DNA from: a virus | Taxonomy: Duplodnaviria; Caudoviricetes | IMG/VR virus record: IMGVR_UViG_3300047189_000056 | Location: 541 to 64,540 of that record | Length of the DNA stretch: 64,000 nucleotides | Direction: 5' to 3' (one strand) | Shown: positions 20,397 through 29,754 of the stretch, one piece after another | How the letters are laid out: the number at the start of each line of letters is the position of its first letter | Position numbering within the stretch: the first letter of the stretch is position 1 | Translations under genes and position numbers: made by a program | Notes under the pieces: model-generated | Told to the model about the DNA's origin: nothing | The model's input: the letters and a program-made list of their open reading frames with translations, nothing else | Database searches by the model: none

Positions 20397-20524
20397 TGAA
20401 TAACCGCGCTAAAGGTTTAATCTTCTGTCGCGAGGTTAAGAAGATTCTCGAAGCGATCGGTCATCAGGTCGAGGGACCCGGATATACCACGGCATTCTTT
20501 GGAGGGAAAACCAATGCGATTTAA
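20396..20524 (+). pseudogene. Truncated original 5' end of the resolvase-like gene (42 aa)
   Basis: MNNRAKGLIFCREVKKILEAIGHQVEGP... aligns with the N-terminus of 20998-21354. Confidence 0.8.
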
Positions 20525-21005
20525 AAAAGAAATATCAACAGGGAAAATTATTGATTTGTACCGATCTGGTTTGTCTTGTTCTAAAATTGGCAAATTAGTT
20601 GGAATGACCCCAGAAGGAATTAGGTACAGACTTATTGCAAATGGGAAGAAACTTAGAACAGCACGAGAGGCTACGGGCAGGGCCGACCGTGCACCCAATT
20701 GGAAGGGTGGGAAAATAAAAATGGCCCAAGGATACACGGGTCTCTATTTCCCTCATCATTATCGAGCAAATCAAAATGGTTATGTATTAGAGCATATTGT
20801 TGTTTGGGAAAACTATCATAATAAAAAACTTCCTAAAGGTTGGATAATTCATCATTTAAATGGAGTTAGAACAGATAATAGAATTAATAATTTGGCTGCT
20901 ATGCCAGTCAACAAACATGATCGATTGGTTAATCCCTATATTAAAAGAATCAATCAACTTGAAAAAGAAGTAACTCAGTTAAGACAGGGAAAATTATTTG
21001 GATAA
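20514..21005 (+). CDS. HNH homing endonuclease with N-terminal HTH
   Basis: NWKGG, GYVLEH, IIHHLNG.RTDNR..NL; SD GGAGG then ATG 20514. Confidence 0.88.
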   Translation: MRFKKEISTGKIIDLYRSGLSCSKIGKLVGMTPEGIRYRLIANGKKLRTAREATGRADRAPNWKGGKIKMAQGYTGLYFPHHYRANQNGYVLEHIVVWENYHNKKLPKGWIIHHLNGVRTDNRINNLAAMPVNKHDRLVNPYIKRINQLEKEVTQLRQGKLFG

Positions 21006-21354
21006 TAGAGCTAAAGGATTCGTATTTTGTAATGAAGTCAAAAAAATATTGGAGGGGATTGGTCATGTTGTCGATGGGCCATTTTTCAAAAGTAAATGGT
21101 TTAATAATAGAGCAAATCCAGTACATTGCGATATTTTTTCTGTCTTTGATTTGGTATCTTTTTATCAGTATTCATATTTTTTTCACCAGGTTAGCGATCT
21201 GGGTCACAAGTCTGAGAAAATCAAGGCTATCCAAGGCAAAGGAATGCCGGGATGGGTTTGGTCCCGGGTATCCAATGGCAGGGTATTCTATCGGGTGTTT
21301 ATTGTCAAGAGCTCGGGCGCCGTCGAAGAAGCGGAGATCAGGTGGAAGAGCTAA
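20998..21354 (+). CDS. Holliday-junction-resolvase-like PD-(D/E)XK protein
   Basis: NR.KG..F..EVKK.LE..G..V, DIF..FDL...HQV pattern; nin-region position. Confidence 0.55.
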   Translation: MDNRAKGFVFCNEVKKILEGIGHVVDGPFFKSKWFNNRANPVHCDIFSVFDLVSFYQYSYFFHQVSDLGHKSEKIKAIQGKGMPGWVWSRVSNGRVFYRVFIVKSSGAVEEAEIRWKS

Positions 21355-21360
21355 AGATTT

Positions 21361-21854
21361 GTGGTGGTGGAATGGCTGGAGGTTGATGTGAATTCTATAA
21401 TTGAAATTGCTCAAAAGAACAAGAGAGATTACATCACTCCCGAAGATGTATCTGAAGCCCTAAAATTATCAAGATTCTCATCAAATAAAGTTCGTTTAGA
21501 GGTTCTTGAAGTTTTAGGTGAAATAACTGGTTTTGGAGTAGAAGATCCGGGATTATGTGCTTTTGTTGCATGGAAAGGTAAATCCAAATGAGTAAATGTC
21601 TTTGGTGTGACGGTCCAATTGGAAATGAAGGGCATTGCCTGCATTGTGGGAGGAGCGACGACTTTGAGTATGAGGCAAGGGTTAGAGCCAAACAGGATCA
21701 GCACAATATTCTTGAGCCTGAACATGGACCCCTATGGAAAGGCAAAGGACATGAGGCCCATTATCAAGAGAAGACTATAAAACGTCGGGGAGCCCAAAGG
21801 AGAAGATTTAAATCAGTCTCAAGAACAAAAGCCAAACAGTCAGATAGCCCATGA
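21361..21854 (+). CDS. Two small nin-region hypothetical proteins (21361-21591; 21588-21854 with Cys pairs)
   Basis: Coupled ORFs; CxxC..CxxC in the second. Confidence 0.5.
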
Positions 21855-21876
21855 TGAAAAAGAGTTGCTTCATGGG

Positions 21877-22835
21877 TTAACCTTCTACCCTTTCAATTGT
21901 CCATTGATTCATTATCATCATTTCTTTAATATCCTCATCGGTAGGATTCCAGTCTTTGAATTTATGACAAGCCGATTCTCGAAGGGTCCAGGGGTTAACT
22001 TCTCCAAATCTGACCCTCGCATCCTCAATTACAAGATTCATATCTCTTTGTTTTGTGTCCCATTCCATCTAAATATCCTCCTTTCCATATATCCGATTAT
22101 GCAATCGTTTGAAATGCTCCTCCTCATACCACATAGCACGGACGAGGAGATTGTGAGACCAGGCATAACGAAAGCGACGATTCATATTATTAGTCTTTCT
22201 GTAATTCTTCGAGGACTTGAGTTAAATTAAAATGCTCTTCACATGATGAACAGATAATTTCTATAGTTCCATCTAAAAATCTTTTAATGAAGAATTTATC
22301 CTCTGAGCAATCGCATTGAAATGTTATTGGGTAACCCATTTTCCCTTTCTCCTTTCTATTCATACCAATGAACAACGATCCGGTTATTATCCTCATTTGT
22401 CCTGCCAACTGCATTAGCAATCATCTGCTCTACCCTTTGCCGATCCTGTTCCCAGATAGGTTTAGGAATATAGGCTTTGATCCATCCTGATCCTGTACCT
22501 ATTCCATGTGTAACCTTTACCCTATAACCTAATCCCTTTAACGCTTCTTTTACGATCCTTGTTTCATCCATTTTACGACTCATCTTTGCCGCTCCTTTCT
22601 GCCTAAAGGGTGTTAGGGGTTAGTCGGAAAATCTCAATCCCTTTAAAATTCTATAAGATACACGAGAATAAGCCTTTTTTGACAATTCTTCCTTAATATG
22701 GTTTATGAACGATTCAATTTCTCCTATATTCTTGAAACTATACCAATCATGTTTTCTGAAACTAAATGGATTCCGGCCCTCAGCTACATTAGGATAAAAA
22801 CCACTTAACTTTTTACCTCCGTAATTTAGTGTCAT
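21877..22835 (-). CDS. Array of short antisense genes (22620-22835, 22356-22583, about 22190-22340, 21877-22068)
   Basis: Each has an SD; two share the GGCAGAAAGGAG leader. Confidence 0.6.
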
Positions 22836-22892
22836 CTTCTTTCTCCTTTCTGCCCAGCGGGAACAAAAAGGGCATCCAATAGATTTGAGGCC

Positions 22893-23188
22893 CTAATCGT
22901 AGGAATTGTTTAGTTCCCGGATCGCTTCTTCCAATTCAGTTAATAAATTATTTGGGCATTCTGAATATAACTGGTCCCACCATTCCTTAAGATGCAATTT
23001 GCTATGTTCTGAGTTGGTTAATGGTTTAAGATTAGAAATGTCATTATCAAAAGGATTGCCATTGATATGATGGAAAAAAACTGACTCGGCAATTTATAAC
23101 CTAACACTTTTTCTAACTTTTTTCTTGCAATTTGCCTTGATCTGCAGGGACTGATAAATCCGTCTTTTGGCGGTCTTCCCATTCCCAT
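22893..23188 (-). pseudogene. HNH endonuclease, frameshifted near a T7 run
   Basis: MGMGRPPK...KVLGYKLPS then shifted frame FHHINGNPFDNDISNL...EHSKLH. Confidence 0.7.
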
Positions 23189-23329
23189 CTTTTAACTCCT
23201 ATAAAAGAAAAGGGTATTCAACACAGTTGGAGCGGTTAAGGTGGCTTTTAAGCCAATTAACCCTGTGCCAAATACCCTTAGATTTAATGCTAAATAAAAA
23301 ACCACCTTCCGCTCCTTGAGCTTAATATC

Positions 23330-23346
23330 TGCAAACCCTGTGCCAA
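23330..23346 (-). promoter_or_regulatory. Sigma54 (-24/-12) promoter
   Basis: TTGGCACAGGGTTTGCA = GG-N10-GC, near-consensus TGGCAC-N5-TTGCA. Confidence 0.65.
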
Positions 23347-23711
23347 AATCTAACCGATTGAAATCATTAGACTGTTCATAAAAGAATACAGAGGTTTTTG
23401 AAATCTTTGCATACTAAAACAGCTAAGTATCTGAAATGATTAAGTCAATTTTTGGCATGGCTTTAACAAAAAACGGCACAAACCATTCTTAAATGATTCA
23501 CGCGCACGTGAGAGCGTACCCGAATATTATGTAACCATTTGCAACCACCTAATATACTTAGCCTCTGCTGATTTCTCTTGACAACATACTATATCTTGGT
23601 TCTTAATTATCTCCAACACCCTAAGAGTTAAAAAAAAGAACGAGGCACAGAATATGAGATAAAGCATATCATTCCCGAAGTGATCTACATATACTCCCAA
23701 GGAGGAAAAGT

Positions 23712-23927
23712 ATGGTTGGCTCAACACAGTTAATCATCGGTAAACGAGAAATCGCTAAATACTTTCCTTACTCATACTCAACCTTCGATCAAAACAAATG
23801 GCCCCAGCTCAAAAAGGCTAAGATCATATTTCAAACTTACATAGGTAAAATCCCACATCGGAAGCTCTGCCAATACACTCATCTCAGCTTGATTCAAAAA
23901 TTCCTTCGTGAAAACCCGAATTTCTAA
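23712..23927 (+). CDS. Small wHTH (AlpA/Xis-like) protein upstream of terS
   Basis: IIGKREIAKYFPYSYSTF pattern; SD AAGGAGG. Confidence 0.55.
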   Translation: MVGSTQLIIGKREIAKYFPYSYSTFDQNKWPQLKKAKIIFQTYIGKIPHRKLCQYTHLSLIQKFLRENPNF

Positions 23928-23986
23928 GGCCTATCTAAATATTAATCCTCTAACACCCTATTAGCTAAATATAGCAAGATGGGGTC

Positions 23987-24014
23987 TTGACAAAGCTAAA
24001 TGTAGTGGTAGATT
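23987..24014 (+). promoter_or_regulatory. Late promoter for terS
   Basis: TTGACA-16 bp-TAGATT with TG extension; CTAAAT repeats upstream. Confidence 0.6.
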
Positions 24015-24021
24015 AAGGAAT

Positions 24022-24405
24022 ATGGCTCTCGATCCTGTCGAAGTCGGGAAAAGAATTTACGAGTCTTTGGGTAATCCCATCGTTGAATGTCTTGAAAAGA
24101 AAGGTATTACTGTTGACTATCTCGCGGATAAACTCAAGGAAGAACTCGGCGCAACCGAAACCAAGACCTTTCAGTATCAAGGTGGTGTGGTCGACTCTGA
24201 TCCAAAGATAGCCTGGGACATCCGCCAGCGAGCAAGGATGGATGCTCATAAGATCCTCAGTCATTATCCTTCCGAGAAACATCACATTACAGTTGAAGGT
24301 CTGCCGGTGGTCCCATTAACCGAGGATGAGCAACTTGATCTGGAGGCCCGGAAGCAGATCATTAAGGAAAGGACGATGAAAGCGGCCATAAAGAAGGATG
24401 TTTGA
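24022..24405 (+). CDS. Putative terminase small subunit
   Basis: Position, size; GIT.DYLA.KL.E.L.A...R..A pattern. Confidence 0.6.
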   Translation: MALDPVEVGKRIYESLGNPIVECLEKKGITVDYLADKLKEELGATETKTFQYQGGVVDSDPKIAWDIRQRARMDAHKILSHYPSEKHHITVEGLPVVPLTEDEQLDLEARKQIIKERTMKAAIKKDV

Positions 24406-24895
24406 CATTATGCCAAACTCGCTCGTATCAAGGGTTTGCGGGCAGGTGGTACGGAGAAACTTAGGTTAACTTTAAGTATGCCTGAGGAGTACTTGATATC
24501 ATTGAGATATTAGAGTCGGACATTATGGCGAACATTCACAGAATGTGTATTATCAGACGTAAATTGTCTATAAGTAAGGAGAGTTAAGCGATGGAGAGAA
24601 GAGGCAAGGCCCCCTACCCCCCCCTACCGGCAGTCCCCTTAAACTGTGGATTCACCTCCCCTCCATGTAGCATTAACCCTTCTCTCTCTATTCTCTCATA
24701 TTCATCCAGATTTAATTCTCAGAAATTTTTGGGGGTAATTTATGAAAAATAGTTTTCCCTACTTTGCTGACTTCTGTTGGTACTATGAGAAGTGGGGTTT
24801 TCATCAGTAGTGGGTAGACGGGAAGGCATTGAGCGGAAGAATGTGGTATGTTTGTTTTCATTGTGGGTTAAAGACCTTGCTTGGATTGAGATAGA

Positions 24896-25126
24896 CTATT
24901 TCTTCGGGATCAGGTCTGAGAACTCGTTTAGTGGAAGTTGTTGTTTCATGGGGAATTCTTTATTGCCGTAGAGGACAAAGACTTGGCCTGTGAGTCGGTC
25001 GAGTTTATAGCCGGTGATGAGAGTATTGGAACTAGAAACGGGATGGATTGAATATCTGAATAGGGAGAGGATGCAGATGATGAGGATGAGAAAGATTGTT
25101 ATGAGAACGGCATAACGAGGTTTCAT
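24896..25126 (-). CDS. Antisense moron: single-TM membrane protein with its own promoter
   Basis: TM helix, YKLDRLTGQV; minus-strand TTGACT-16-TATTAT (25145-25172) and SD GGAGG. Confidence 0.75.
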   Translation of the reverse strand: MKPRYAVLITIFLILIICILSLFRYSIHPVSSSNTLITGYKLDRLTGQVFVLYGNKEFPMKQQLPLNEFSDLIPKK

Positions 25127-25192
25127 TATTCCTCCGTGGGATAGATAATATCAGAGTGATTTAAGAAGTCAAGAGTTTTTTAAGGAGGAGAC

Positions 25193-26851
25193 ATCGAACC
25201 TCAAGTAGTCGTCAATAGCACCTATCTTGACCAGCGCGCCCACGAAGAACTCTACCGGGACGACCTCGCTTTCTTCTCTCTCAATGCCGGCATTATGCTT
25301 GATGGCCAGCCTTTTTCGTTCAAGTACCATGAATATTTGATTGAGCCCTACGAGCAGATTCGGAAGCATCAGGAGGTGATCTTTGAGAAGGCGGCCCAGA
25401 TGGGGTTGTCAACCCTAGAACTTCTCGATACTTACCACGGTGCGAGGTACGGGACCTATCCTCATGGCGTACTCTATCTACTTCCTTCGAAGACGGATGT
25501 TACGGAGTTCTCAAAGTCCAAGGCACAGAGCCTCATTGATGAGAACCCTATCATCGGTTCATGGATCAAGGATACGGACACCGCGAACGTCAAGAAGGTC
25601 GGTAATGCATGGTTGTTCTTTAGAGGGATGCAGTCGAGGATAGGCCTCAAGACCATCACGGTTGATAAGATGGTCTTTGATGAGATTGAAGAAATTGAGG
25701 ATTGGTCACTGGTGGCATTGGCTGAGGAGCGGATGAGTCACATTGAGGAAGAGAAGAAGTTCACTCACCGGCTCTCGGTCCCATCCATCCCCGCTTATGG
25801 AATAGATGCTTATTTTGCTGGTTCTCCGGATGCCGGTATCAGGCCTTCCGATCAGCGGTTCCTTCATTTCCAATGCCTTCACTGTAACGAATGGACGTGC
25901 TTTGAGGATGAGTTCCCGGACTGCATTGTCGAGGTGGATGCAAAGAGGGAGAAAGCAATTAGGATATGTAAGAAATGTAAGCGTGAGCTCCCTTTGTCCT
26001 CTAAAATAGAATGGGTGCCTCGAGACCTTGACTCCAACATCCTTGGTTACCACTTCTCCCAACTCTTCTCTCGTTATGTTAATCCCTGGAAGATCCTTGA
26101 TCAGTTCCGTAAGAAGCGCGAGCTCACCACCCTTTTCAACGATAAACTCGGCATTCCCTATGTTGACGCTGAAGCCCGACTTGAAATCCGTGACATCCTT
26201 GCCCTCTGTACCAGCAATCTTCAGCTCAGTGCTTTTGCGGGTCCTGCGGCTATGGGGGTCGATCAGCCCAAGGAAGAAGGGGGAAAGTTTCATGTCACGA
26301 TCGGATACCGCCAAGAGGGTAAACCCTGTAACATCGTTAGGGTCTGTATTCGAGAGAAATGGGCGGAGATTGGTGAGCTGATGGATCAGTTTAATATCGC
26401 CCGTTGTGTGGTTGATGGACTCCCCGATCAGGCCAAGGCCAGGAGTTTTGCTAAAGAGTTTAATGGGAAGGTTTTCCTCTGCTACTATTCCGATAAACAG
26501 AAGGGCGCAGCCAAGTGGAATGAGAATGATTGGATGGTAAGTGTTGATCGGACTGAATCCCTCAACTCATCTACCCGAGCTATTCATGAACAGAAGATTT
26601 CTATCCCTCGGTCGGACGATACGGATGTTAAACTCTTCGCCCGCCATGCCCATAATATTGCCCGCAAGAAAGAAGAGGATAAGGATACCGGCTCGGTCAG
26701 GCAATGCTGGGTTAAAACTGGAAGCGATCACTATCGACATGCATATAATTATTTATGGTTAGCTTTACCAGAGATCGGTGAGTACATTCCTCCAAAACCA
26801 AACGATTGGATGGGGAACCTGCCGAAGAAAAGGAATTGGAAAACAATATGA
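25193..26851 (+). CDS. terL: Terminase large subunit, GpA-like; probable ATC start
   Basis: KAAQMGLS, FDEIE Walker B, CxxC/CxxC, GVD and DH nuclease motifs; frame open from TAAGGAGG-agac-ATC. Confidence 0.88.
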   Translation: MEPQVVVNSTYLDQRAHEELYRDDLAFFSLNAGIMLDGQPFSFKYHEYLIEPYEQIRKHQEVIFEKAAQMGLSTLELLDTYHGARYGTYPHGVLYLLPSKTDVTEFSKSKAQSLIDENPIIGSWIKDTDTANVKKVGNAWLFFRGMQSRIGLKTITVDKMVFDEIEEIEDWSLVALAEERMSHIEEEKKFTHRLSVPSIPAYGIDAYFAGSPDAGIRPSDQRFLHFQCLHCNEWTCFEDEFPDCIVEVDAKREKAIRICKKCKRELPLSSKIEWVPRDLDSNILGYHFSQLFSRYVNPWKILDQFRKKRELTTLFNDKLGIPYVDAEARLEIRDILALCTSNLQLSAFAGPAAMGVDQPKEEGGKFHVTIGYRQEGKPCNIVRVCIREKWAEIGELMDQFNIARCVVDGLPDQAKARSFAKEFNGKVFLCYYSDKQKGAAKWNENDWMVSVDRTESLNSSTRAIHEQKISIPRSDDTDVKLFARHAHNIARKKEEDKDTGSVRQCWVKTGSDHYRHAYNYLWLALPEIGEYIPPKPNDWMGNLPKKRNWKTI

Positions 26852-27477
26852 TTACTTCCCTTGATATTAAAGTTCCAGAATTCAAAGTCCTCTGCCACAA
26901 GAACGGTCTTATTCTTGAACATGAGACTGCCAAACTCTGCAAGGATGGTTGGTATCCAGTGGGAAATGTAGGACGCAAAGGGAACGATTGGGTGCAGGTG
27001 GTTGTAAGAGAGAAGGTAGAATGAAGATCATAGAAGAAAAAGAATTTGAGACGGTATCTGAATCTTGGAATGAATATCGTCTTAATGATGGGACAATGGT
27101 GAAAGCTAAGGTAATTGTTAGTGGGGTTCAGTTGACTGACCAGAGGGATCAATTTGGTGATCCTGTTTATAATATGGTCTGGCATGTAATTCATAGAGTT
27201 ATGCCGAGTTTGAATAAAGGAGAAGGAAGTGCCTGAACCAGAAACTAAATTCTGTCGTCTCTGTGGAAAGAATAAGCCAGTCGGTGAGTTTGTTGAAGTG
27301 CCTTTGGCTCGTTTCGAGAACAGTGTTTACATCCAGAGTGTATGCAAATTATGCAACACAGTTGTTCACAATATTAGAACCATAGTCAGTGAGGCGATGA
27401 AGAAGAAACAAGAGGAACAGGAGAAGCCTCGGATTATTGTTCCGTCGCCAAGAGTTCTACGAAGCATTAGAAATTAA
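26848..27477 (+). CDS. Three small hypothetical genes between terL and portal (about 26848-27024, 27021-27236, 27229-27477)
   Basis: Overlapping start/stop coupling; EsWNEYRL.DG motif; CxxC..CxxC in the last. Confidence 0.55.
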
Positions 27478-27480
27478 CCT

Positions 27481-27559
27481 TTCGGGTCTGCAGCCCGGAA
27501 CCCCAGTTTACAAGAAGAGCGCCAAATCCGTGCACGGCGGGTTTCGGCGCTTTTCTTTT
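27481..27559 (+). ncRNA. Two-hairpin structured cis element, copy 1
   Basis: Stem with TCTGCAG loop, AGTTTA linker, long stem containing CCGTGCA, then U-tract; repeated at 54972. Confidence 0.55.
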
Positions 27560-27584
27560 GGGGTAAGGAGAAAAGGAGAAAGTG

Positions 27585-27791
27585 ATGAGTAAGAAAACGG
27601 TTAATAGGGCACCCAAAACCGATAAGGATTGGGAGGCTGAGAACGACTTTTCTACTCTCGAACGTGCGGAGGAAGTTCGTTCTTCCTCTTCCCGTTTCAA
27701 ATCAGCTCGCAAGATGGGGATGCTTAAACTCAAGGCTACCCGACGGGCTCTCGGAAAGATGAGCAAAAAGGGAATAAAGATAGACATTTGA
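27585..27791 (+). CDS. Small basic head-region protein
   Basis: DWEAENDFSTLERAEEV...R motif; SD AAGGAG. Confidence 0.65.
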   Translation: MSKKTVNRAPKTDKDWEAENDFSTLERAEEVRSSSSRFKSARKMGMLKLKATRRALGKMSKKGIKIDI

Positions 27792-27798
27792 GGGGAAT

Positions 27799-29754
27799 AT
27801 GGCGCAAGAAGATTTACTACCTGCCGTTGAGCAGGTTGCAGGAAATAATCCTACGGTTTCCGGTATAACCTCTGAATACGTCACTCCCACAAAGGTCTGG
27901 GGATGGTATAGAGAGGGAAGAGAAGCTTCTTCTAATTTCCGAATACAGGCAAATACTGATTGCAATTATTACGACAACGAGCAATGGACGGAAGAAGAGA
28001 AGCAGGAACTCGATAATCGTGGTCAGCCCGCCATTGTCATCAACCGCATCAAACCCACGATTGATCTTGTTACTGGCACTGAGACTAAGATTAGAGTTGA
28101 CTTCAAGGCCGCTCCCCGGAAGAGCAACGGTACCCTTGATGCTGGCATCGCTACCGAATGCATTAAGTACGTTATGGATGCCAATCAGGGGGAGTATATT
28201 ATCTCCGACATCTTCGAAGGCCAGATCAAAGCCGGATGGGATTTTGTTGAACTTTCCAAGAATGATGATCCATTTAAAGAATTGATCCAGCTCGCAAAGG
28301 TTCCCCGTAATGATCTCATTTGGGATCCCTATGCCAAGGAATATGATCTCAGTGACGGCAAATATTTTATCCGTCCGAAATGGATGGAACTTGAGGATGC
28401 CGAAGCTAAATTTCCTAAATTCAAATCTCTTCTTGAGATGGTTGTCTCTGATGATGAGGTTGAATCCTTTCGCGAATCTCCGCATCATGGCACTGAAGAT
28501 CAACCCGATAGACCTGGCGTTCGTCTCTGGGATAAGAACATTTCCTCTACCGAATGGGTGGATAAGTCCCGGAAGAGAGTAAAACCCATCGAATGCTGGT
28601 ATAAGGTCCCTATTGAAACCCATTTAGTTGATAACTACCTCACTGGTGAAGTCGAGGAACTTAATCCTGCAAAGATTCAAGAAGTCCTTTCTACTCCCGG
28701 AGCCACAATTACTAAAGTGTTTATCAAAAAAGTCCGGCTCTGTATCATTGCAGGTCCTTACCTTCTCGCTGATAACTGGTCACCTTATCGTCACAATGAG
28801 TACCCCTTTATCCCATGGTGGTGCTTCCTGAAAGACAAAGACCGCTCTCCCTATGGACTGATCCGGCAAATGCGGGATCCGCAAGATGAGATTAATAAGC
28901 GCCGGTCTAAGGCCATGCATCTTCTTAACTCTACCCAGATTATTGCCACCTCAGATGCTATTGATAAAAAAGAGAACGATTGGAAAAAGGTGGCTGATCA
29001 GATAGGAGATCCACAGGGGATTATTCTTCTTAATGCCACTGCCGGGGCAAACTCTAAGTTTGAAATCCGAAATCCTATGGCCATTGTAGAACAACAATAT
29101 AAATTCGAAGAGGAAGCCAAGGGTGAAATTGAGGAAGCTGGGGTCAACCGCGAACTTAAGGGTATGGAAACTAATGCTTCCTCTGGTCGTGCGATCATTG
29201 CCCGCCAAGTCCAAGGCAATACCATGTTGGGTAAGCCCTTTCAGAACTATCGGCGCTCCCGTCAACTTCTCGGCCAGCGCATATGGTCAATGATTCAACA
29301 ATTTTGGACACGGCCAAAAGTTCTTAGAATTACTAACAAGACAGGTGAACACGATTTTATTGAACTCAATATGCCGGTAAATCTCAACGGTAAAGTTTAC
29401 ATTAAGAATGATATCACTCAGGCTAAGGTTGATATCGTTATTGACGAGCAGGCCTTTAATGCCACGGTTCGCCAAACCCTGGCCGATGAGATGTTCCTCC
29501 TTATCTCCAAACTTCCTCCTGAAATTGGCATTCTTATGCTCGATGATGTCATTGATTTTCTTGATCTTCCTAATAAGGACAAACTCATGCAGAAGATCCA
29601 GATGGTTCAGGGAGTTATGCAGCAGCAAATGGGAACGAAGCAGGAGAATGAGAGAATGGTGGCAGAAGCGACAAAGGCTAAATCTGAAACTAATACAGTC
29701 AACCGTTCCTCCGAAGAATCGGCTATGCGGGGAGGACTCCCCGGGAGTGCTTAA
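27799..29754 (+). CDS. Portal protein (P22-like)
   Basis: YYD..QWT...RGQP...NRIKP, YGL.R...DPQ.E.NKRRSK, SGRAI.ARQ.QG. Confidence 0.92.
   Translation: MAQEDLLPAVEQVAGNNPTVSGITSEYVTPTKVWGWYREGREASSNFRIQANTDCNYYDNEQWTEEEKQELDNRGQPAIVINRIKPTIDLVTGTETKIRVDFKAAPRKSNGTLDAGIATECIKYVMDANQGEYIISDIFEGQIKAGWDFVELSKNDDPFKELIQLAKVPRNDLIWDPYAKEYDLSDGKYFIRPKWMELEDAEAKFPKFKSLLEMVVSDDEVESFRESPHHGTEDQPDRPGVRLWDKNISSTEWVDKSRKRVKPIECWYKVPIETHLVDNYLTGEVEELNPAKIQEVLSTPGATITKVFIKKVRLCIIAGPYLLADNWSPYRHNEYPFIPWWCFLKDKDRSPYGLIRQMRDPQDEINKRRSKAMHLLNSTQIIATSDAIDKKENDWKKVADQIGDPQGIILLNATAGANSKFEIRNPMAIVEQQYKFEEEAKGEIEEAGVNRELKGMETNASSGRAIIARQVQGNTMLGKPFQNYRRSRQLLGQRIWSMIQQFWTRPKVLRITNKTGEHDFIELNMPVNLNGKVYIKNDITQAKVDIVIDEQAFNATVRQTLADEMFLLISKLPPEIGILMLDDVIDFLDLPNKDKLMQKIQMVQGVMQQQMGTKQENERMVAEATKAKSETNTVNRSSEESAMRGGLPGSA

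Noticed and set aside
27817-28623. Long antisense ORFs within portal, terL and fibre genes
   Set aside because: No motifs or SDs; expected shadows of codon bias
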